A stretch of 64,000 bases of DNA. Source: an uncultured Chloroflexia bacterium (lineage in GTDB: Bacteria; Chloroflexota; Dehalococcoidia; DSTF01; JALHUB01). Below, piece by piece: positions 11,999 to 22,781 of the stretch. The notes beneath the pieces were generated by a model, which was given only the letters and a program-made list of their open reading frames with translations, was not told where the DNA came from and made no database searches. The stretch's first letter is position 1; every line of letters begins with the position of its first letter. The stretch lies in assembly GCA_963703345.1 (NCBI GenBank), contig OY969814.1, positions 512,001-576,000 of the forward strand, written 5' to 3'. A program made the position numbers and the translations under genes.

Positions 11999-13291
11999 CT
12001 AGGCGAGTCCGGCGAAGGCGGTTTTGGCGGCGTCTATCGTGGCGTCGATCTTTTCGTCTCTGTGCGCCGACGACATGAACACCGCCTCGAACTGCGACGG
12101 CGCCAGGTAGACGCCGCGCTCCAGCATCGCGTGGAAGAAGCGGGCGTAGAGTCCGGTATCGGCGCGAAGGGCGCTCGCGTAATCGGTGACCGGCGCGTCG
12201 ACGAAAAAGGGCGTCCGCATGGAGCCGACGCGATTGAGCCGCAGCGAGACGCTGGCGCGCTCTGCCGCCCGCCCGACGCCTTCGACCAGCTTCGCCGAAA
12301 GCGCTTCCAGTCGCTCGTAGAGGCCCGCGGACTGGAGCACCCGCAGCGTCGCCAGTCCCGCCGCCATCGCCAGCGGGTTGCCGGAGAGCGTGCCCGCCTG
12401 GTAGACGGGCCCCAGCGGCGCCAGCATCGCCATCACGTCGCGCCTGCCGCCGTACGCCCCGACGGGCAGGCCGCCGCCGATTATCTTGCCCAGGCAGGTC
12501 AGGTCCGGCGTCACGCCGTAGAGCGACTGCGCGCCGCCGTAGGCGACCCGGAAGCCCGTGATCACCTCGTCGAACACCAGCAACGCGCCTTCGCGACGCG
12601 TTATCTCACGCAGCGACTCCAGGAAGCCGGGCTGCGGGGCCACGACACCCATGTTGCCGGCGACCGGCTCGACGATGATCGCCGCTACCTCACCGCTGTA
12701 TCGTTCGAACAGGGTTTCGACGCTCGCTATGTCGTTGTAGCGCGCCACGAGCGTCTCCCGCGCGTAGGACGCCGGCACGCCCGGGCTGTCCGGCAGGCCG
12801 AGCGTGGCCACGCCGGAGCCGGCGCGCACGAGGAGACCGTCGGCGTGGCCGTGGTAGGAGCCCTCGAACTTGACGATCTTGTCGCGGCCGGTGAACGCGC
12901 GGGCTAGGCGCAGCGCCGACATCGTCGCCTCGCTGCCGGAGTTTACGAAACGCACCGTCTCGATCGATGGCACCGCCTCGACGATGAGCTGCGCCAGATC
13001 GGCCTCCGCCTCCGTCGGCGCACCGTAGCTTGTGCCGCGCTCCGCCGCCTGCCGCACCGCCTCGACGACCGCCGGATGGGCGTGCCCGAGGATGAGTGCG
13101 CCCCACGAGCAGACGTAGTCGACATAGCGATTGCCGTCAACGTCGTACAGGTAGGGCCCTTCGCCGCGGGCTATGACGATGGGCTCACCGCCGACGGCGC
13201 GGAAGGCGCGCACGGGGCTGTCTACGCCGCCGGGCAGGTAGCGCAGCGAGCGCTGGAACACCTCATGCGAGCGGTCGTGAGGCAGGGGCAT
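11999..13291 (-). CDS. hemL: Glutamate-1-semialdehyde 2,1-aminomutase
   Basis: [46 protein letters not shown]. Confidence 0.97.
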   Translation of the reverse strand: MPLPHDRSHEVFQRSLRYLPGGVDSPVRAFRAVGGEPIVIARGEGPYLYDVDGNRYVDYVCSWGALILGHAHPAVVEAVRQAAERGTSYGAPTEAEADLAQLIVEAVPSIETVRFVNSGSEATMSALRLARAFTGRDKIVKFEGSYHGHADGLLVRAGSGVATLGLPDSPGVPASYARETLVARYNDIASVETLFERYSGEVAAIIVEPVAGNMGVVAPQPGFLESLREITRREGALLVFDEVITGFRVAYGGAQSLYGVTPDLTCLGKIIGGGLPVGAYGGRRDVMAMLAPLGPVYQAGTLSGNPLAMAAGLATLRVLQSAGLYERLEALSAKLVEGVGRAAERASVSLRLNRVGSMRTPFFVDAPVTDYASALRADTGLYARFFHAMLERGVYLAPSQFEAVFMSSAHRDEKIDATIDAAKTAFAGLA

Positions 13292-13336
13292 CGGTCCTTC
13301 GATTCGAACAAAAAAACCGCGGCGCGAGACGTCCTG

Positions 13337-14185
13337 CTAGGGCAGAAGGTCCAGCAGGTCGCAGAGCGAAGCGATCTCGTGGTCGGGCTGCGGGACGCCT
13401 TCGCGCAGCGACGAGCCGTCGCGGTTGAGCCAGGCCACCGGCAGGCCCGCGTTCTTCGCGCCGAGCACGTCCGCCGACTGGCTGTCGCCGACGTAGAGCA
13501 CCTCGTGGCGGGCAAAGCCGCTCGCCTCGACAAACGAGTGGAAGATCTGCTCGTGCGGCTTGTAGACGCCGGCGCTCTCCGAAGTGACGACGAGCTGGAA
13601 CTCGACGTGCAGGCCGTTCTTCTCCAGGCAGGCCGTCAGGAAGTCGTTGTCGGCGTTGGAGAGGATGCCGAGGTGGTAGCGCGACTTCAGCGCCGACAGC
13701 ACCGCCGCCGTCTCCGCGAACGCCGACGCCTCCGCCAGGCCGTTTCGGACGTGCGCGTAGGCAGCGACCCCGTCGCCGAAAATGCCCAGCTCGCGAAAGC
13801 AGGCCTCGAAATGCTCCGGCCACTCCTCGCTGTAGGGACGAAAGTCGAGCGTCGGGCGCGCGGTAGTCCAGGAGGTCGCTTCGTTGCGCGGGTTCTCGCG
13901 GGCGCGACCCTGGGACGCCATGCGCCGCCAGATGTCCATCCATTTGTCCCAGAGCGTCTTGCCGTCGCAGGGGAGGCCCTGCTGAAGGCAGATTTCGTGA
14001 TAGGTGCGAATGAACGCCTGGTCGGTGAAGTCGATCAGCGTGCCATAGCAGTCGAAGGCGACGGCGCGAATGCCGTCACGACGAGAAAGGGAGAGTGCAG
14101 AGAGGGAGTCCCTCTCTGCCGGGGGTTCGGGGGTGTCCCCCGAATCCAAACGCATCTCGGGTGGGCGGGTGGGAAGATCAGACAT
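13337..14185 (-). CDS. HAD-family hydrolase with repeat-derived N-terminal extension
   Basis: FDCYGTL, LSN, YKP, VGDSQSADVLGA; about the first 33 codons overlap the dispersed repeat. Confidence 0.85.
   Translation of the reverse strand: MSDLPTRPPEMRLDSGDTPEPPAERDSLSALSLSRRDGIRAVAFDCYGTLIDFTDQAFIRTYHEICLQQGLPCDGKTLWDKWMDIWRRMASQGRARENPRNEATSWTTARPTLDFRPYSEEWPEHFEACFRELGIFGDGVAAYAHVRNGLAEASAFAETAAVLSALKSRYHLGILSNADNDFLTACLEKNGLHVEFQLVVTSESAGVYKPHEQIFHSFVEASGFARHEVLYVGDSQSADVLGAKNAGLPVAWLNRDGSSLREGVPQPDHEIASLCDLLDLLP
14088..14177 (+). repeat. Dispersed two-hairpin palindromic repeat, copy 2
   Basis: AGGGAGAGTGCAGAGAGGGAGTCCCTCTCTGC...TTCGGGGGTGTCCCCCGAA...GGGCGGGTGGGAAGA. Confidence 0.75.
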
Positions 14186-14224
14186 AGCTTTCAAAAGGTC
14201 CGGGCGACCACGCCGGGTCGCGAG

Positions 14225-15229
14225 TTATTCGTTCAGCCAGCGGGCTGCCTCTTTGGCATGATATGTGATGACGATGTCCGCGCCGGCCCGCTTGATCGCC
14301 GTCAGCACCTCGAGCACGACGCGCTTCTCGTCGAGCCAGCCGTTCGCGGACGCCGCCTTTATCATAGCGTACTCGCCGCTGACGTTATAGGCGGCTAGCG
14401 GCAGGTCGAAGCGCTGGCGGGCGCGCGCCAGCACGTCGAGGTAGGCGAGCGCCGGCTTCACCATCACAATGTCGGCGCCTTCGGCCGCGTCGCTCTCAAT
14501 CTCGCGCAGCGCCTCGCGGACGTTCGCCGGGTCCATCTGGTAGCCGCAGCGGTCGCCGAACTGCGGCGCCGACTCCGCCGCCTCGCGGAAGGGGCCGTAG
14601 AAAGCGGAGGCGTACTTGGCCGCGTAGGCCATTATCGGCGTCTGCGCGAAGCCGTCCTCGTCGAGCGCCCGGCGGATCGCCGCGACCTGGCCGTCCATCA
14701 TCGCCGACGGGGCGACCATGTCGGCGCCGGCCTGGGCGTGCGAGAGCGCCGTCTTGGCGAGCAGCGGCAGCGTCGCGACGTTATCGACGTCGCCATTCTT
14801 GACGATGCCGCAGTGGCCGTGGCTGGTGTACTCGCAGAGGCAGACGTCGGTGATGACGAGGACCTCCGGGTCGGCCTGCTTGAGGGCGCGAACCGCCTGC
14901 TGGACGATGCCGTCCGCCGCGTACGCCTCGGACGCCTGCTCGTCCTTCGATGCCGGTATGCCGAAGAGGAGGACGGCGGGAATGCCGAGCTCGCGCAGCT
15001 CCCGGGCGTCTGCCGCAAGCTGGTCGACGGAGAGCTGCGCCTGGCCGGGCATGGACGGGATGGCGTTGCGGACGCCGCTGCCGTGCACGACGAACAACGG
15101 GTAGACGAAGTCCTCCGGCGACAGCCGCGTCTCCCGTACGAGGCGCCGTAGTGCCTCCGTTCGCCTCAACCGCCGCAGACGGGTAAGGGGGGAATGGAGA
15201 ATTGCGTTAACATCAGGACTCTGGAGCAT
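14225..15229 (-). CDS. hemB: Porphobilinogen synthase (start approximate)
   Basis: [42 protein letters not shown]. Confidence 0.97.
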   Translation of the reverse strand: MLQSPDVNAILHSPLTRLRRLRRTEALRRLVRETRLSPEDFVYPLFVVHGSGVRNAIPSMPGQAQLSVDQLAADARELRELGIPAVLLFGIPASKDEQASEAYAADGIVQQAVRALKQADPEVLVITDVCLCEYTSHGHCGIVKNGDVDNVATLPLLAKTALSHAQAGADMVAPSAMMDGQVAAIRRALDEDGFAQTPIMAYAAKYASAFYGPFREAAESAPQFGDRCGYQMDPANVREALREIESDAAEGADIVMVKPALAYLDVLARARQRFDLPLAAYNVSGEYAMIKAASANGWLDEKRVVLEVLTAIKRAGADIVITYHAKEAARWLNE

Positions 15230-15857
15230 GCGCCTTCCTTTCACCGGATGCAAGCTTGTAGAGTCGTCCGCTCTTGTAATCGAGTTCATACACGACGTTG
15301 AGCACGTCTTCGATCACCTCGATCGCCAAAGCTAATTCTTTCGGCTGCGGACGCTCCAACTCGTGAAGGGCCCTTCCGCCCAAGAACCGGAAGCTGTGCA
15401 AGTTATCAACGATTTTGTCGGGCACGTTGGATTTTAGGGTGTCTATCTTCTGCGGTAGGCGTTTCTTGGGGCCGGCCAAAGAAGGGTCTCTGTCCACGCA
15501 AATCGCCTCCAGTAATGCTCGTAACCCGGCCGCACACAGAATGTGTGATCCATTATTGAACGCCTGAACGATTTCAGCGTAGATGGAATCCAACTGGCTC
15601 GGAATGTTCTCGTACTCTTTCTTCTCCGCTTGGCCGGAGGATCGCGGCGGGTAGTAGGTGGGTTCGTCGTCCATCCAAGAATCAATGGCTAAAGTAGTTT
15701 CGCAGCCGAGGCATTCCCAGATGGCCCACGTTTCTTGAATGTCGAAATCATCATCAAGAACATAGGTCTTGCTATAGACAGCCCGGCGACTATGGCGAGT
15801 CAGGCGTTGGCACGTATTGCAGAAATGCTTCTCGACTTCGGCATCAGCGTGCTTCAT
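15213..15857 (-). CDS. DUF4145-like protein, lower GC insertion
   Basis: Two Cxx[32 protein letters not shown]. Confidence 0.75.
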   Translation of the reverse strand: MKHADAEVEKHFCNTCQRLTRHSRRAVYSKTYVLDDDFDIQETWAIWECLGCETTLAIDSWMDDEPTYYPPRSSGQAEKKEYENIPSQLDSIYAEIVQAFNNGSHILCAAGLRALLEAICVDRDPSLAGPKKRLPQKIDTLKSNVPDKIVDNLHSFRFLGGRALHELERPQPKELALAIEVIEDVLNVVYELDYKSGRLYKLASGERKAHAPES

Positions 15858-15971
15858 GTCCCCCTCCCGCGTCACGCCAGCATCATTGGGGAGCTCACGC
15901 AACTCCTGTTTCAACGGGGTGGAGCCCCTTTGGTCTGACTGGGCCATGACGCCGAGACTGGAAAATCTCGG

Positions 15972-16082
15972 CTACGTTTGTTCGAAATGAGTTTTCAGTG
16001 CCTTTATCAGCCCCTCGATTGTGTGCTACGACGCCTGGACGTCCATGCGCAGGCCCGCGCGACGCGCCGTGGCCGCCGTCAC
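15972..16082 (-). pseudogene. Duplicated remnant of cobA-hemD 3' end
   Basis: Translates VTAATARRAGLRMDVQAS*HTIEGLIKALKTHFEQT* versus VTARTARRAGLRVDVQAPEHTIEGLLAVLESHLSQ* in the intact gene. Confidence 0.85.
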
Positions 16083-16720
16083 GGCTGCTTCCCTTTCGTG
16101 CCATTGGCAATGTACACTAGCCCGCCCGCATAGTCACGTCGCGAAACGTCTTCCAGAAGGGCGGGTAGCTCCTCCCACGCCTTCCGGTCGAGGTGGACGA
16201 CGCCGACGCCGGACAGGGCCACCAGCGGGGTCAGTGCCCTGGCCCATAGCGCCGAGCCGCGCTTGGGCTCCAGCAGCACGAGCCGGCCGCCGGGCTTGAG
16301 GACGCGCACTGCCTCCGCTAGCGCCTGCCGGTAGTCGGGGATGATCGCCATGGCGTAGGAGCAGAGTACGGCGTCGCATGAGTCGGCGGCGAGCGGTAGG
16401 TTAGTGGCGTCGCCTTCGACGAGGGCGGCGTTCTTCCAGTGATTGCGATCTGCTCTTCGTCGAGCGCGCTTCAGCATTGGGCGGGTGATGTCCGTGCCAA
16501 CGATCCTGCCCTTTGGGCCGACCCGTTCGATTATGTGGCTGAAGTTGAGGCCCGTGCCGCAGGCCAGGTCCAGCACCGTGTCCCCCGCGTTAGGCCGGAG
16601 GGCATCGAGGGCGGGCTTCCGCCAGCGCAGGAACGTACCGACGCGAAGGTCGTATATGCCGGCTACTAGGCTGTAGAGGCGCCGGACTCTGCGCTGCTCC
16701 TTCGCGGTCCCGCCCTTCAT
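16079..16720 (-). CDS. Class I SAM methyltransferase (UbiE-like)
   Basis: VLDLACGTG, GDATNLP, RVLKPGG. Confidence 0.88.
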   Translation of the reverse strand: MKGGTAKEQRRVRRLYSLVAGIYDLRVGTFLRWRKPALDALRPNAGDTVLDLACGTGLNFSHIIERVGPKGRIVGTDITRPMLKRARRRADRNHWKNAALVEGDATNLPLAADSCDAVLCSYAMAIIPDYRQALAEAVRVLKPGGRLVLLEPKRGSALWARALTPLVALSGVGVVHLDRKAWEELPALLEDVSRRDYAGGLVYIANGTKGKQP

Positions 16721-18240
16721 TGCGACAGGTGACTTTCTAGGACCGCCAGCAGCCCCTCAATTGTGTGCTCCGGCGCTTGGACGTCTACGCGCAGGCCCGC
16801 TCGACGCGCCGTTCGCGCCGTCACCGGGCCGATGCAGGCGATCAGCGGCTTGTCCAACGGCGCCTTGTCGCCGTCCAGCATCTTCAGCAGGTTGCGCACC
16901 GCCGACGAGCTGGCAAACGTGACGATGTCAACCTCGCCGGCGCGCAGTCGGGCCATTGCCTCGGCGTCGACCTCTTTCGGCACGGCGGCGCTGTACAGCG
17001 GCAGCTCGTCGACCGTCGCGCCCAGCCGCTCCAGCCCGGTGACCAGCGCTCGACGGGCGCCGCGGGCCCGCGGCCAGAGCACGCGCTGCCCCATTATACC
17101 GCGCTCCGCCAGGGCTTCGACGACGCCTTCTGCCAGAAAACGCTCCGGCACGAGGTCGGCGTGGATGCCGTGGCGGCCGAGCGCTGTCGCCGTCGCCGGG
17201 CCGATGGCGCAGACACGGGCGCGACCCAGGGCACGGGCGTCCTTCTTGCGACGTCGCAGTTCGTCGAAGAAGACATCGACGCCGTTGGCGCTGCTGAAGA
17301 CGAGCCAGTCGTACTCGCCGGCGTCGAGACCTTCGAGTGAGCGGCGCAACGCTTTCTGGTCGATGCGCGGGACGATCTCGATCGCGGGCAATTCTATTGG
17401 CTCCGCGCCCGCCTTGGCCAGGGCGTGCGAGAAGACGCCGGCCTGCTCAGCGGCGCGGGTCACAAGAACGCGCTTGCCGAAGAGGGGACGGTTGTCGAAC
17501 CAGCGGAGCTTGTCGCGCAGGCGAACGACGGGCCCGACGACCGTGACGAGCGGCGGCTCGAGGCCGGCCTCGGCGACGCGCTTCGCCAAATCGGAAATGG
17601 TTACCGCGATTACTGCCTGATTCGGCGTGGTTCCCCAGCGTACAACGGCGGCCGGCTCATCCGGCGATCGGCCGCATTCGGAGATGAGTCTCATGATCTC
17701 GTCCAGATTCGAGCCGCCCATCAGGATAATCAGCGTGTCGGCGCTCTTCGCGATGCGTTCCCAGTCGACGGCGTTCTCCGCCTTCTCCGGGTCCTCATGG
17801 CCCGTCACCACCGTGAACGACGACGACAGCCCGCGATGCGTCACCGGAATGCCGGCGTAAGCGGGTGCCGCGATAGCCGACGACACGCCGGGGACGACCT
17901 CGAATGGAATGCCGGCGTCCGCCAGCGCCTCCGCCTCCTCGCCGCCGCGCCCGAAGACGAATGGGTCGCCGCCCTTGAGACGGACCACCCGTTTGCCCTC
18001 GCGCGCCTTAGCCACGAGCAACTCGTTGATCTGCTTCTGACTGAAGCCGGAGCCGTCCTCTGTCGGATGCTTGCCGACGAAGATGCGCTCCGCCTTCGCC
18101 GGCGCCAGGTCGACGAGGCGACGGCTGACCAGGCGGTCGTAGACGACCACCTCCGCGCGAGAAAGCGCGTCGACGCCGGCGACCGTTATCAGTCCCGGGT
18201 CGCCGGGGCCCGCGCCGACAAGCCAGACACGTCCGTTCAT
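16717..18240 (-). CDS. cobA-hemD: Uroporphyrinogen-III C-methyltransferase / synthase fusion
   Basis: LVGAGPGDPGLIT, RLKGGDPFVFGRGGEE, PLFGKRVLVTR, FASSSAV. Confidence 0.95.
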   Translation of the reverse strand: MNGRVWLVGAGPGDPGLITVAGVDALSRAEVVVYDRLVSRRLVDLAPAKAERIFVGKHPTEDGSGFSQKQINELLVAKAREGKRVVRLKGGDPFVFGRGGEEAEALADAGIPFEVVPGVSSAIAAPAYAGIPVTHRGLSSSFTVVTGHEDPEKAENAVDWERIAKSADTLIILMGGSNLDEIMRLISECGRSPDEPAAVVRWGTTPNQAVIAVTISDLAKRVAEAGLEPPLVTVVGPVVRLRDKLRWFDNRPLFGKRVLVTRAAEQAGVFSHALAKAGAEPIELPAIEIVPRIDQKALRRSLEGLDAGEYDWLVFSSANGVDVFFDELRRRKKDARALGRARVCAIGPATATALGRHGIHADLVPERFLAEGVVEALAERGIMGQRVLWPRARGARRALVTGLERLGATVDELPLYSAAVPKEVDAEAMARLRAGEVDIVTFASSSAVRNLLKMLDGDKAPLDKPLIACIGPVTARTARRAGLRVDVQAPEHTIEGLLAVLESHLSQ

Positions 18241-19163
18241 GGCGACAGCTCCTCGAGGATGTCCGACGCTCCTTCGGCCAGCAGGCTCTCCGCCAGGCGC
18301 TCGCCCAGCGACTCCGCGTCGTTGGGAGCGCCGCTGATCTCGCCGCGAACCGCCTGCCGGGCGCGCGGATCGACCACGAGCCCCTGCAAGCGGAGCTTTC
18401 CGCCTTCCACGTTGGCGAATGCCGCGACGGGCACGCTGCAGCCGCCGCCAAGGCGACGCAAGAACGCCCGCTCCGCCGCCGTCGCCGCGCGCGATTCGGA
18501 GTCGTCGACGGTGGAAGCGACGTCTCGCGCCTCAGCGTCGTCGCCCCGCGTCTCGACCGCCAGAGCCCCTTGCCCGGGCGCGGGCAGCATCGCTTCCAGC
18601 GAGAGCAGCTCCGACGCGGCATCCAGCCGGCCAAGCCGCGCCAGCGCCGCCGCGGCGACGATGATCCCGTCCATTTCGCTGGACTCGACCTTACCGAGGC
18701 GCGTGTCGACATTGCCGCGAATGGGCAGCGGCTTCACGTCCGGCCGAAGGAGGAGCAACTGCGCCGCTCGTCGCACGCTGCCCGTTCCGATGCGCGCCCC
18801 TTCCGGAAGCTGCGCGAGAGTGCGACCGCCGGCGGCCACCAGCGCATCGCGCGGGTCCTCGCGACGGGTCACCGCCGCCAGGGCGAGGCGATGGTGCATT
18901 GTCGTCGGCAGGTCCTTCAGGCTGTGGACCGCTATGTCGATCTGCCCGTCGAGGAGCGCCTCTTCGAGCTCTTTCGTGAATACGCCCTCGCCGGCGATCT
19001 CCGAAAGCGGCTGCGGACGGCGGTCGCCCGTAGTGCTGACGGCTCGCACCTCGAAACGGCAGTCCGGACGGCTCTGTTGGAGAGCTGCGACCACTATGTC
19101 CGTTTGCCGTCGGGCCAGCCGGCTGCCTCGCGTCCCTACGATCAGCTTCCTGCCCGTCGCCAC
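18237..19163 (-). CDS. hemC: Hydroxymethylbilane synthase
   Basis: GTRGSRLA, AVHSLKDLP, RGNVDTRL, LGGGCSVP; GTG start at 19163. Confidence 0.96.
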   Translation of the reverse strand: MATGRKLIVGTRGSRLARRQTDIVVAALQQSRPDCRFEVRAVSTTGDRRPQPLSEIAGEGVFTKELEEALLDGQIDIAVHSLKDLPTTMHHRLALAAVTRREDPRDALVAAGGRTLAQLPEGARIGTGSVRRAAQLLLLRPDVKPLPIRGNVDTRLGKVESSEMDGIIVAAAALARLGRLDAASELLSLEAMLPAPGQGALAVETRGDDAEARDVASTVDDSESRAATAAERAFLRRLGGGCSVPVAAFANVEGGKLRLQGLVVDPRARQAVRGEISGAPNDAESLGERLAESLLAEGASDILEELSP

Positions 19164-19164
19164 G

Positions 19165-20442
19165 TCAAGGGCCCGCCTCGCCGGCCCGGGTCGACTTCTC
19201 GTCAGTGCCGAACAGTTCGCGCGCCGCCTCAACGACGGCCGGGCCGCCTGCCTTCGCCTTCAAGCGCGAGATAGGCCGGTGGAGGAGCTTCTTGACGATG
19301 GCCTCGGAGAGGCTCTCGATGCGCAGCTTCTCCTCGTCCGAAAGGTCGGGCAGGCGCGCCAGCGTCTTCGCTACCTCCGCGCGACGTATCCTCTCGGCGT
19401 AGCGACGCATCGCGCTGATCGTCGGCACGACGGCCAGGGAGCGCGACCAGTCGAGGAAGCGTTTCGCCTCCTCTTCGACGATCGCCTCGACCGCCGCCGA
19501 CTCTTTCTGCCGCGCGCGGCGATTCGCTTCGGCGACCGACTGGAGGTCGTCTATGTCATACAGGTACACGCCGTCGAGATCGCGCACCGCCGGCTCAACG
19601 TCCCGCGGCACGGCGATGTCGATGAGCAGTAGCGGCGAGCCGTCGCGCCGCGACATGACTTGGCCGACCAAGTCACGATCGATGATGAAGGATGGCGACC
19701 CGGACGAAGTTATGACGATGTCCGAGCTGGCCAGCGCCTCGCCCAGCCGGTCGAGAGGCATCGCCTCGCCGGACAGCTCCGACGCCAACTCTTCGGCGCG
19801 CTCGAACCGCCGGCTCACTACCAGCGTGCGCCCGACGCCGCAGTCCTGCAGGGCGTGCGCCGTCAGCTTGCCCGCCTCGCCGGCGCTGATGACGAGCGCG
19901 CAGCGCTTCGAGAGGTCGCCAAGCGTCTTTCGCGCCAGGGCAACGGCGGCTGCGCTCACCGAAAGGCCGTGGCGGCCGATCTCCGTCTCGCTGCGCGCGC
20001 GCCGGCCGACGCGGATGGCCGAATGAAATAGTCGCGCCAGGTAGGGATTCGTTGAGCGGGCGTCCGTGGCGGCGATGAAGGCGGCGCGCACCTGCCCCAG
20101 TATCTCCGCCTCGCCCAGCACCTGCGATTCTATGCCGGCCGTGACGCGGAACAGGTGGCGTACGGCTTCGGCGTCCTGATAGAAATGGAAGCGGTCGTCG
20201 AACAGCCCTTCGGTCAGCCCCTTCGCCTCCGTGAGGAAGGAGAGCATCTGCTCCGGCATGTCGCGACCGCGCGGAGCGTCGACATACAGCTCGGTGCGAT
20301 TGCAGGTGGAAAGGATGACGCCGCCGCCGAACTCCCGTCGCAGCCCGGCGAGCGCGCGCTCCACCTCCTCGGCGCAGAACGCGAAGCGCTCCCGCACCGC
20401 GACCGGCGCCGTCTTTTGGTTAATCGTTGCTAGATAGAGCAT
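19165..20442 (-). CDS. hemA: Glutamyl-tRNA reductase
   Basis: LSTCNRTE, GEAEILGQV, DIAVPRDVE, KKLLHRP. Confidence 0.96.
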   Translation of the reverse strand: MLYLATINQKTAPVAVRERFAFCAEEVERALAGLRREFGGGVILSTCNRTELYVDAPRGRDMPEQMLSFLTEAKGLTEGLFDDRFHFYQDAEAVRHLFRVTAGIESQVLGEAEILGQVRAAFIAATDARSTNPYLARLFHSAIRVGRRARSETEIGRHGLSVSAAAVALARKTLGDLSKRCALVISAGEAGKLTAHALQDCGVGRTLVVSRRFERAEELASELSGEAMPLDRLGEALASSDIVITSSGSPSFIIDRDLVGQVMSRRDGSPLLLIDIAVPRDVEPAVRDLDGVYLYDIDDLQSVAEANRRARQKESAAVEAIVEEEAKRFLDWSRSLAVVPTISAMRRYAERIRRAEVAKTLARLPDLSDEEKLRIESLSEAIVKKLLHRPISRLKAKAGGPAVVEAARELFGTDEKSTRAGEAGP

Positions 20443-20467
20443 GTAGCGCAGGCCTCTGCCAATCGAT

Positions 20468-21109
20468 TCATGCCTTGAGTTGCGCGCCGGCGCCCAGCGA
20501 CGCCAGCAGCCTCGCCCGCGCCTCGTCGAAGCGGCCACCGGCGATGAGCTCCAGCAGGCGGCTGTCGATGCTCCGCTGCCACGCCTCTGCCGCGACGACG
20601 ACGCCGCGCTCCCGGAGCTCGACCCGCACGTCGGCGAGAAGCTGCGCCAGCCGTTCGAAGTCCTCCGAGACGTACGTCTCCAGCTCCTGCCGCAGCCAGC
20701 GGGCCAGCGCTGGGCTGAGGCCGCCGGTCGATATTGCGAGGACGACGTCGCCGCGGCGAATGACCGACGGCACGATGAAGTCGCAGAGCGCCGGCTGGTC
20801 GACGACGTTCACAAAGACGCCGCTCCGGCGCGCGTCCAGGGCCACGCGCTCGTTGGTCACCGGGTCGTCCGTCGCCGCGATGACGACGGTATATCCCTTC
20901 AGATCGCCGCTCTGGTACTGTCTCGCAACGTGCTGGATGCGTCTTTCCGCTTTCAGCCTGTCTATCTCCGGCTCGAGCGCGGCGCTGACGACGCTGACGG
21001 CGGCGCCGGCGGCCAGCAGACCCTCGACCTTTCGCGCTGCGACCTGCCCGCCGCCGACGACGAGGCAGCGTCGGCCCTTCATCTCCAGGAACAGCGGATA
21101 GTAACCCAT
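20468..21109 (-). CDS. Precorrin-2 dehydrogenase / sirohydrochlorin ferrochelatase (SirC/CysG N-terminal type)
   Basis: YPLFL, VVGGGQVAARK, NVVDQPALCDF, ISTGGLSPALA. Confidence 0.92.
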   Translation of the reverse strand: MGYYPLFLEMKGRRCLVVGGGQVAARKVEGLLAAGAAVSVVSAALEPEIDRLKAERRIQHVARQYQSGDLKGYTVVIAATDDPVTNERVALDARRSGVFVNVVDQPALCDFIVPSVIRRGDVVLAISTGGLSPALARWLRQELETYVSEDFERLAQLLADVRVELRERGVVVAAEAWQRSIDSRLLELIAGGRFDEARARLLASLGAGAQLKA

Positions 21110-21114
21110 CGTCG

Positions 21115-22329
21115 CTACTGTCCCGCCTGGGCCGTGGCCTCTTCCGGCGCCATGTTCAGCTCGGCGTCGGTCATGTAGCAGGCGGGGTCCTCCATCCAGA
21201 AGTCGCCGAAGTAGGACTCGGCGCGGGCCCGCAGGTTGCCGTTGCAGATGTCGAAATAGCCGCAGCGGGCGCAGCGACCTTTCACCCGCCCGCGACGATG
21301 TCTGAGGGCGGCGAGAACGGGGTCGCTTTCGTCCGTCCAGATCTCGCTGAAAGGCCGCTCGCGGACGTTGCCGAAGGTGTGGCTGCCGCTAAACTGGTCG
21401 GCGTGCACGTTCCCCAGCGGGTCGATGTTGCCGACGGCGATCCCGGACTGGTTGCCGCCCTGCCAGCGCAACATCTGGAGCACCTCGTCGGCGCGCTGGG
21501 GCTCCATCTCGCGCACGGTCTGATAGAGGTAGACCGCGTCGGTGTGGTTGTCGACGGTAAGGACGTCCTTCGTATTGCCGCGGCGGGCGAAGTCGAGCGT
21601 CCGCGCGAAGATGAGGTCGACGGCGGCGCGCGTGTCGGCGTGCGACAGGTCGAACTTGACGATCTTATCGCCGCGGCCGGCGTAAGCGAGGTGATAGAAG
21701 CAGACCCGCGGAATGTCCTCACTGTCCACGATATCGAAGATGTCCTTCAGATGCGCGTAGCTGAACTGCGTAAGCGTCACACGCAGCCCTACGCGCAGGC
21801 CGACTTCCTTGCAGTTGCGGATGCCCTGCAGCGCTTCTTGATAGGCGCCGGCCATGCCCCGGAAGCGGTCGTGCACCGGCGGTGGCCCGTCGATGCTGAC
21901 GCCGACGTACGACACGCCGAGGTCTTTCATCTTCTGCGCGACGCCGTGGATCAGCAGCGTGCCGTTGGTGGAAAGGACGCTGCGGATTCCCCGCATCTGC
22001 GCCCGCTCAACGAGCTCCGGCAGGTCCGGTCGCAGCAGAGGCTCGCCGCCGCTGAACAGGATGACCGGCACGCCGAACGCCGCCAGGTCGTCGATGACGG
22101 CCTTTGCCTCTTCCGTCGTCAGCTCGCCCTCAAAGGCGCGGTCGAAGGAGTCGCTGTAGCAGTGGGCGCAGTGCAGATTGCAGCGCCGGGTCACGTTCCA
22201 GGCGATGACCGGCTTCTTGTCCTGCGAGTAGTGCAGCAGGTGCGGCGGCAGCTCCCCGGAAAGCCGCCCAAAGCGCAGCGCATCGCCGGGCGTGATGGTT
22301 CCGCACAAGAGCCTTGTGACCCCTAGCAT
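21115..22329 (-). CDS. ahbC: Radical SAM/SPASM protein, AhbC (NirJ1-like)
   Basis: MLGVTRLLCG, DKKPVIAWNVTRRCNLHCAHCY, CNGNLRARAE, EDPACY; heads the hem operon. Confidence 0.82.
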   Translation of the reverse strand: MLGVTRLLCGTITPGDALRFGRLSGELPPHLLHYSQDKKPVIAWNVTRRCNLHCAHCYSDSFDRAFEGELTTEEAKAVIDDLAAFGVPVILFSGGEPLLRPDLPELVERAQMRGIRSVLSTNGTLLIHGVAQKMKDLGVSYVGVSIDGPPPVHDRFRGMAGAYQEALQGIRNCKEVGLRVGLRVTLTQFSYAHLKDIFDIVDSEDIPRVCFYHLAYAGRGDKIVKFDLSHADTRAAVDLIFARTLDFARRGNTKDVLTVDNHTDAVYLYQTVREMEPQRADEVLQMLRWQGGNQSGIAVGNIDPLGNVHADQFSGSHTFGNVRERPFSEIWTDESDPVLAALRHRRGRVKGRCARCGYFDICNGNLRARAESYFGDFWMEDPACYMTDAELNMAPEEATAQAGQ

Positions 22330-22517
22330 GCAGACATCCTCTGGAGAAACGTCTCCGAAAGCGAATTCGCTATCATTATTATGACATGGCCGCAGACAGG
22401 AAGTATACTGACTAGCGGAGCGGTCGGCGGGAGTCAGGCCGTTGAAAGCCGCATCGCCGCCGGCTAGACTGGCGCTTGACAGGGACGGCAAGGCAGCCAA
22501 GCGGAAGGAGCGGCACC

Positions 22518-22769
22518 ATGGCTGAGCAGCAGATAGGCATCATCAACGAGTTCTTCGCCAGGATAAACGTCGCCGGCATCGAGCTCAGCGATACGCTGCG
22601 CGTGGGCGACACGATCCACGTCAAGGGGCACACCACGGACCTGGAGCAGACGGTGGACTCGATGCAGATCGAGCGCGAGGAGGTACAGGAGGCGAAAGCC
22701 GGTCAGGCCGTGGGAATCAAGGTGAAAGACCGCGTGCGCCACGGCGACCACGTCTACAAAGTCACCTAG
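22518..22769 (+). CDS. Small translation-factor-like beta-barrel protein
   Basis: LRVGDTIHVKGHTTD, SMQIE, GQAVGIKV; SD GGAG. Confidence 0.8.
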   Translation: MAEQQIGIINEFFARINVAGIELSDTLRVGDTIHVKGHTTDLEQTVDSMQIEREEVQEAKAGQAVGIKVKDRVRHGDHVYKVT

Positions 22770-22781
22770 CCGGCGCCTCGG

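Noticed and set aside
13337-14185. HAD hydrolase as the missing OtsB
   Set aside because: Motif layout is subfamily I (dehalogenase-like), not IIB
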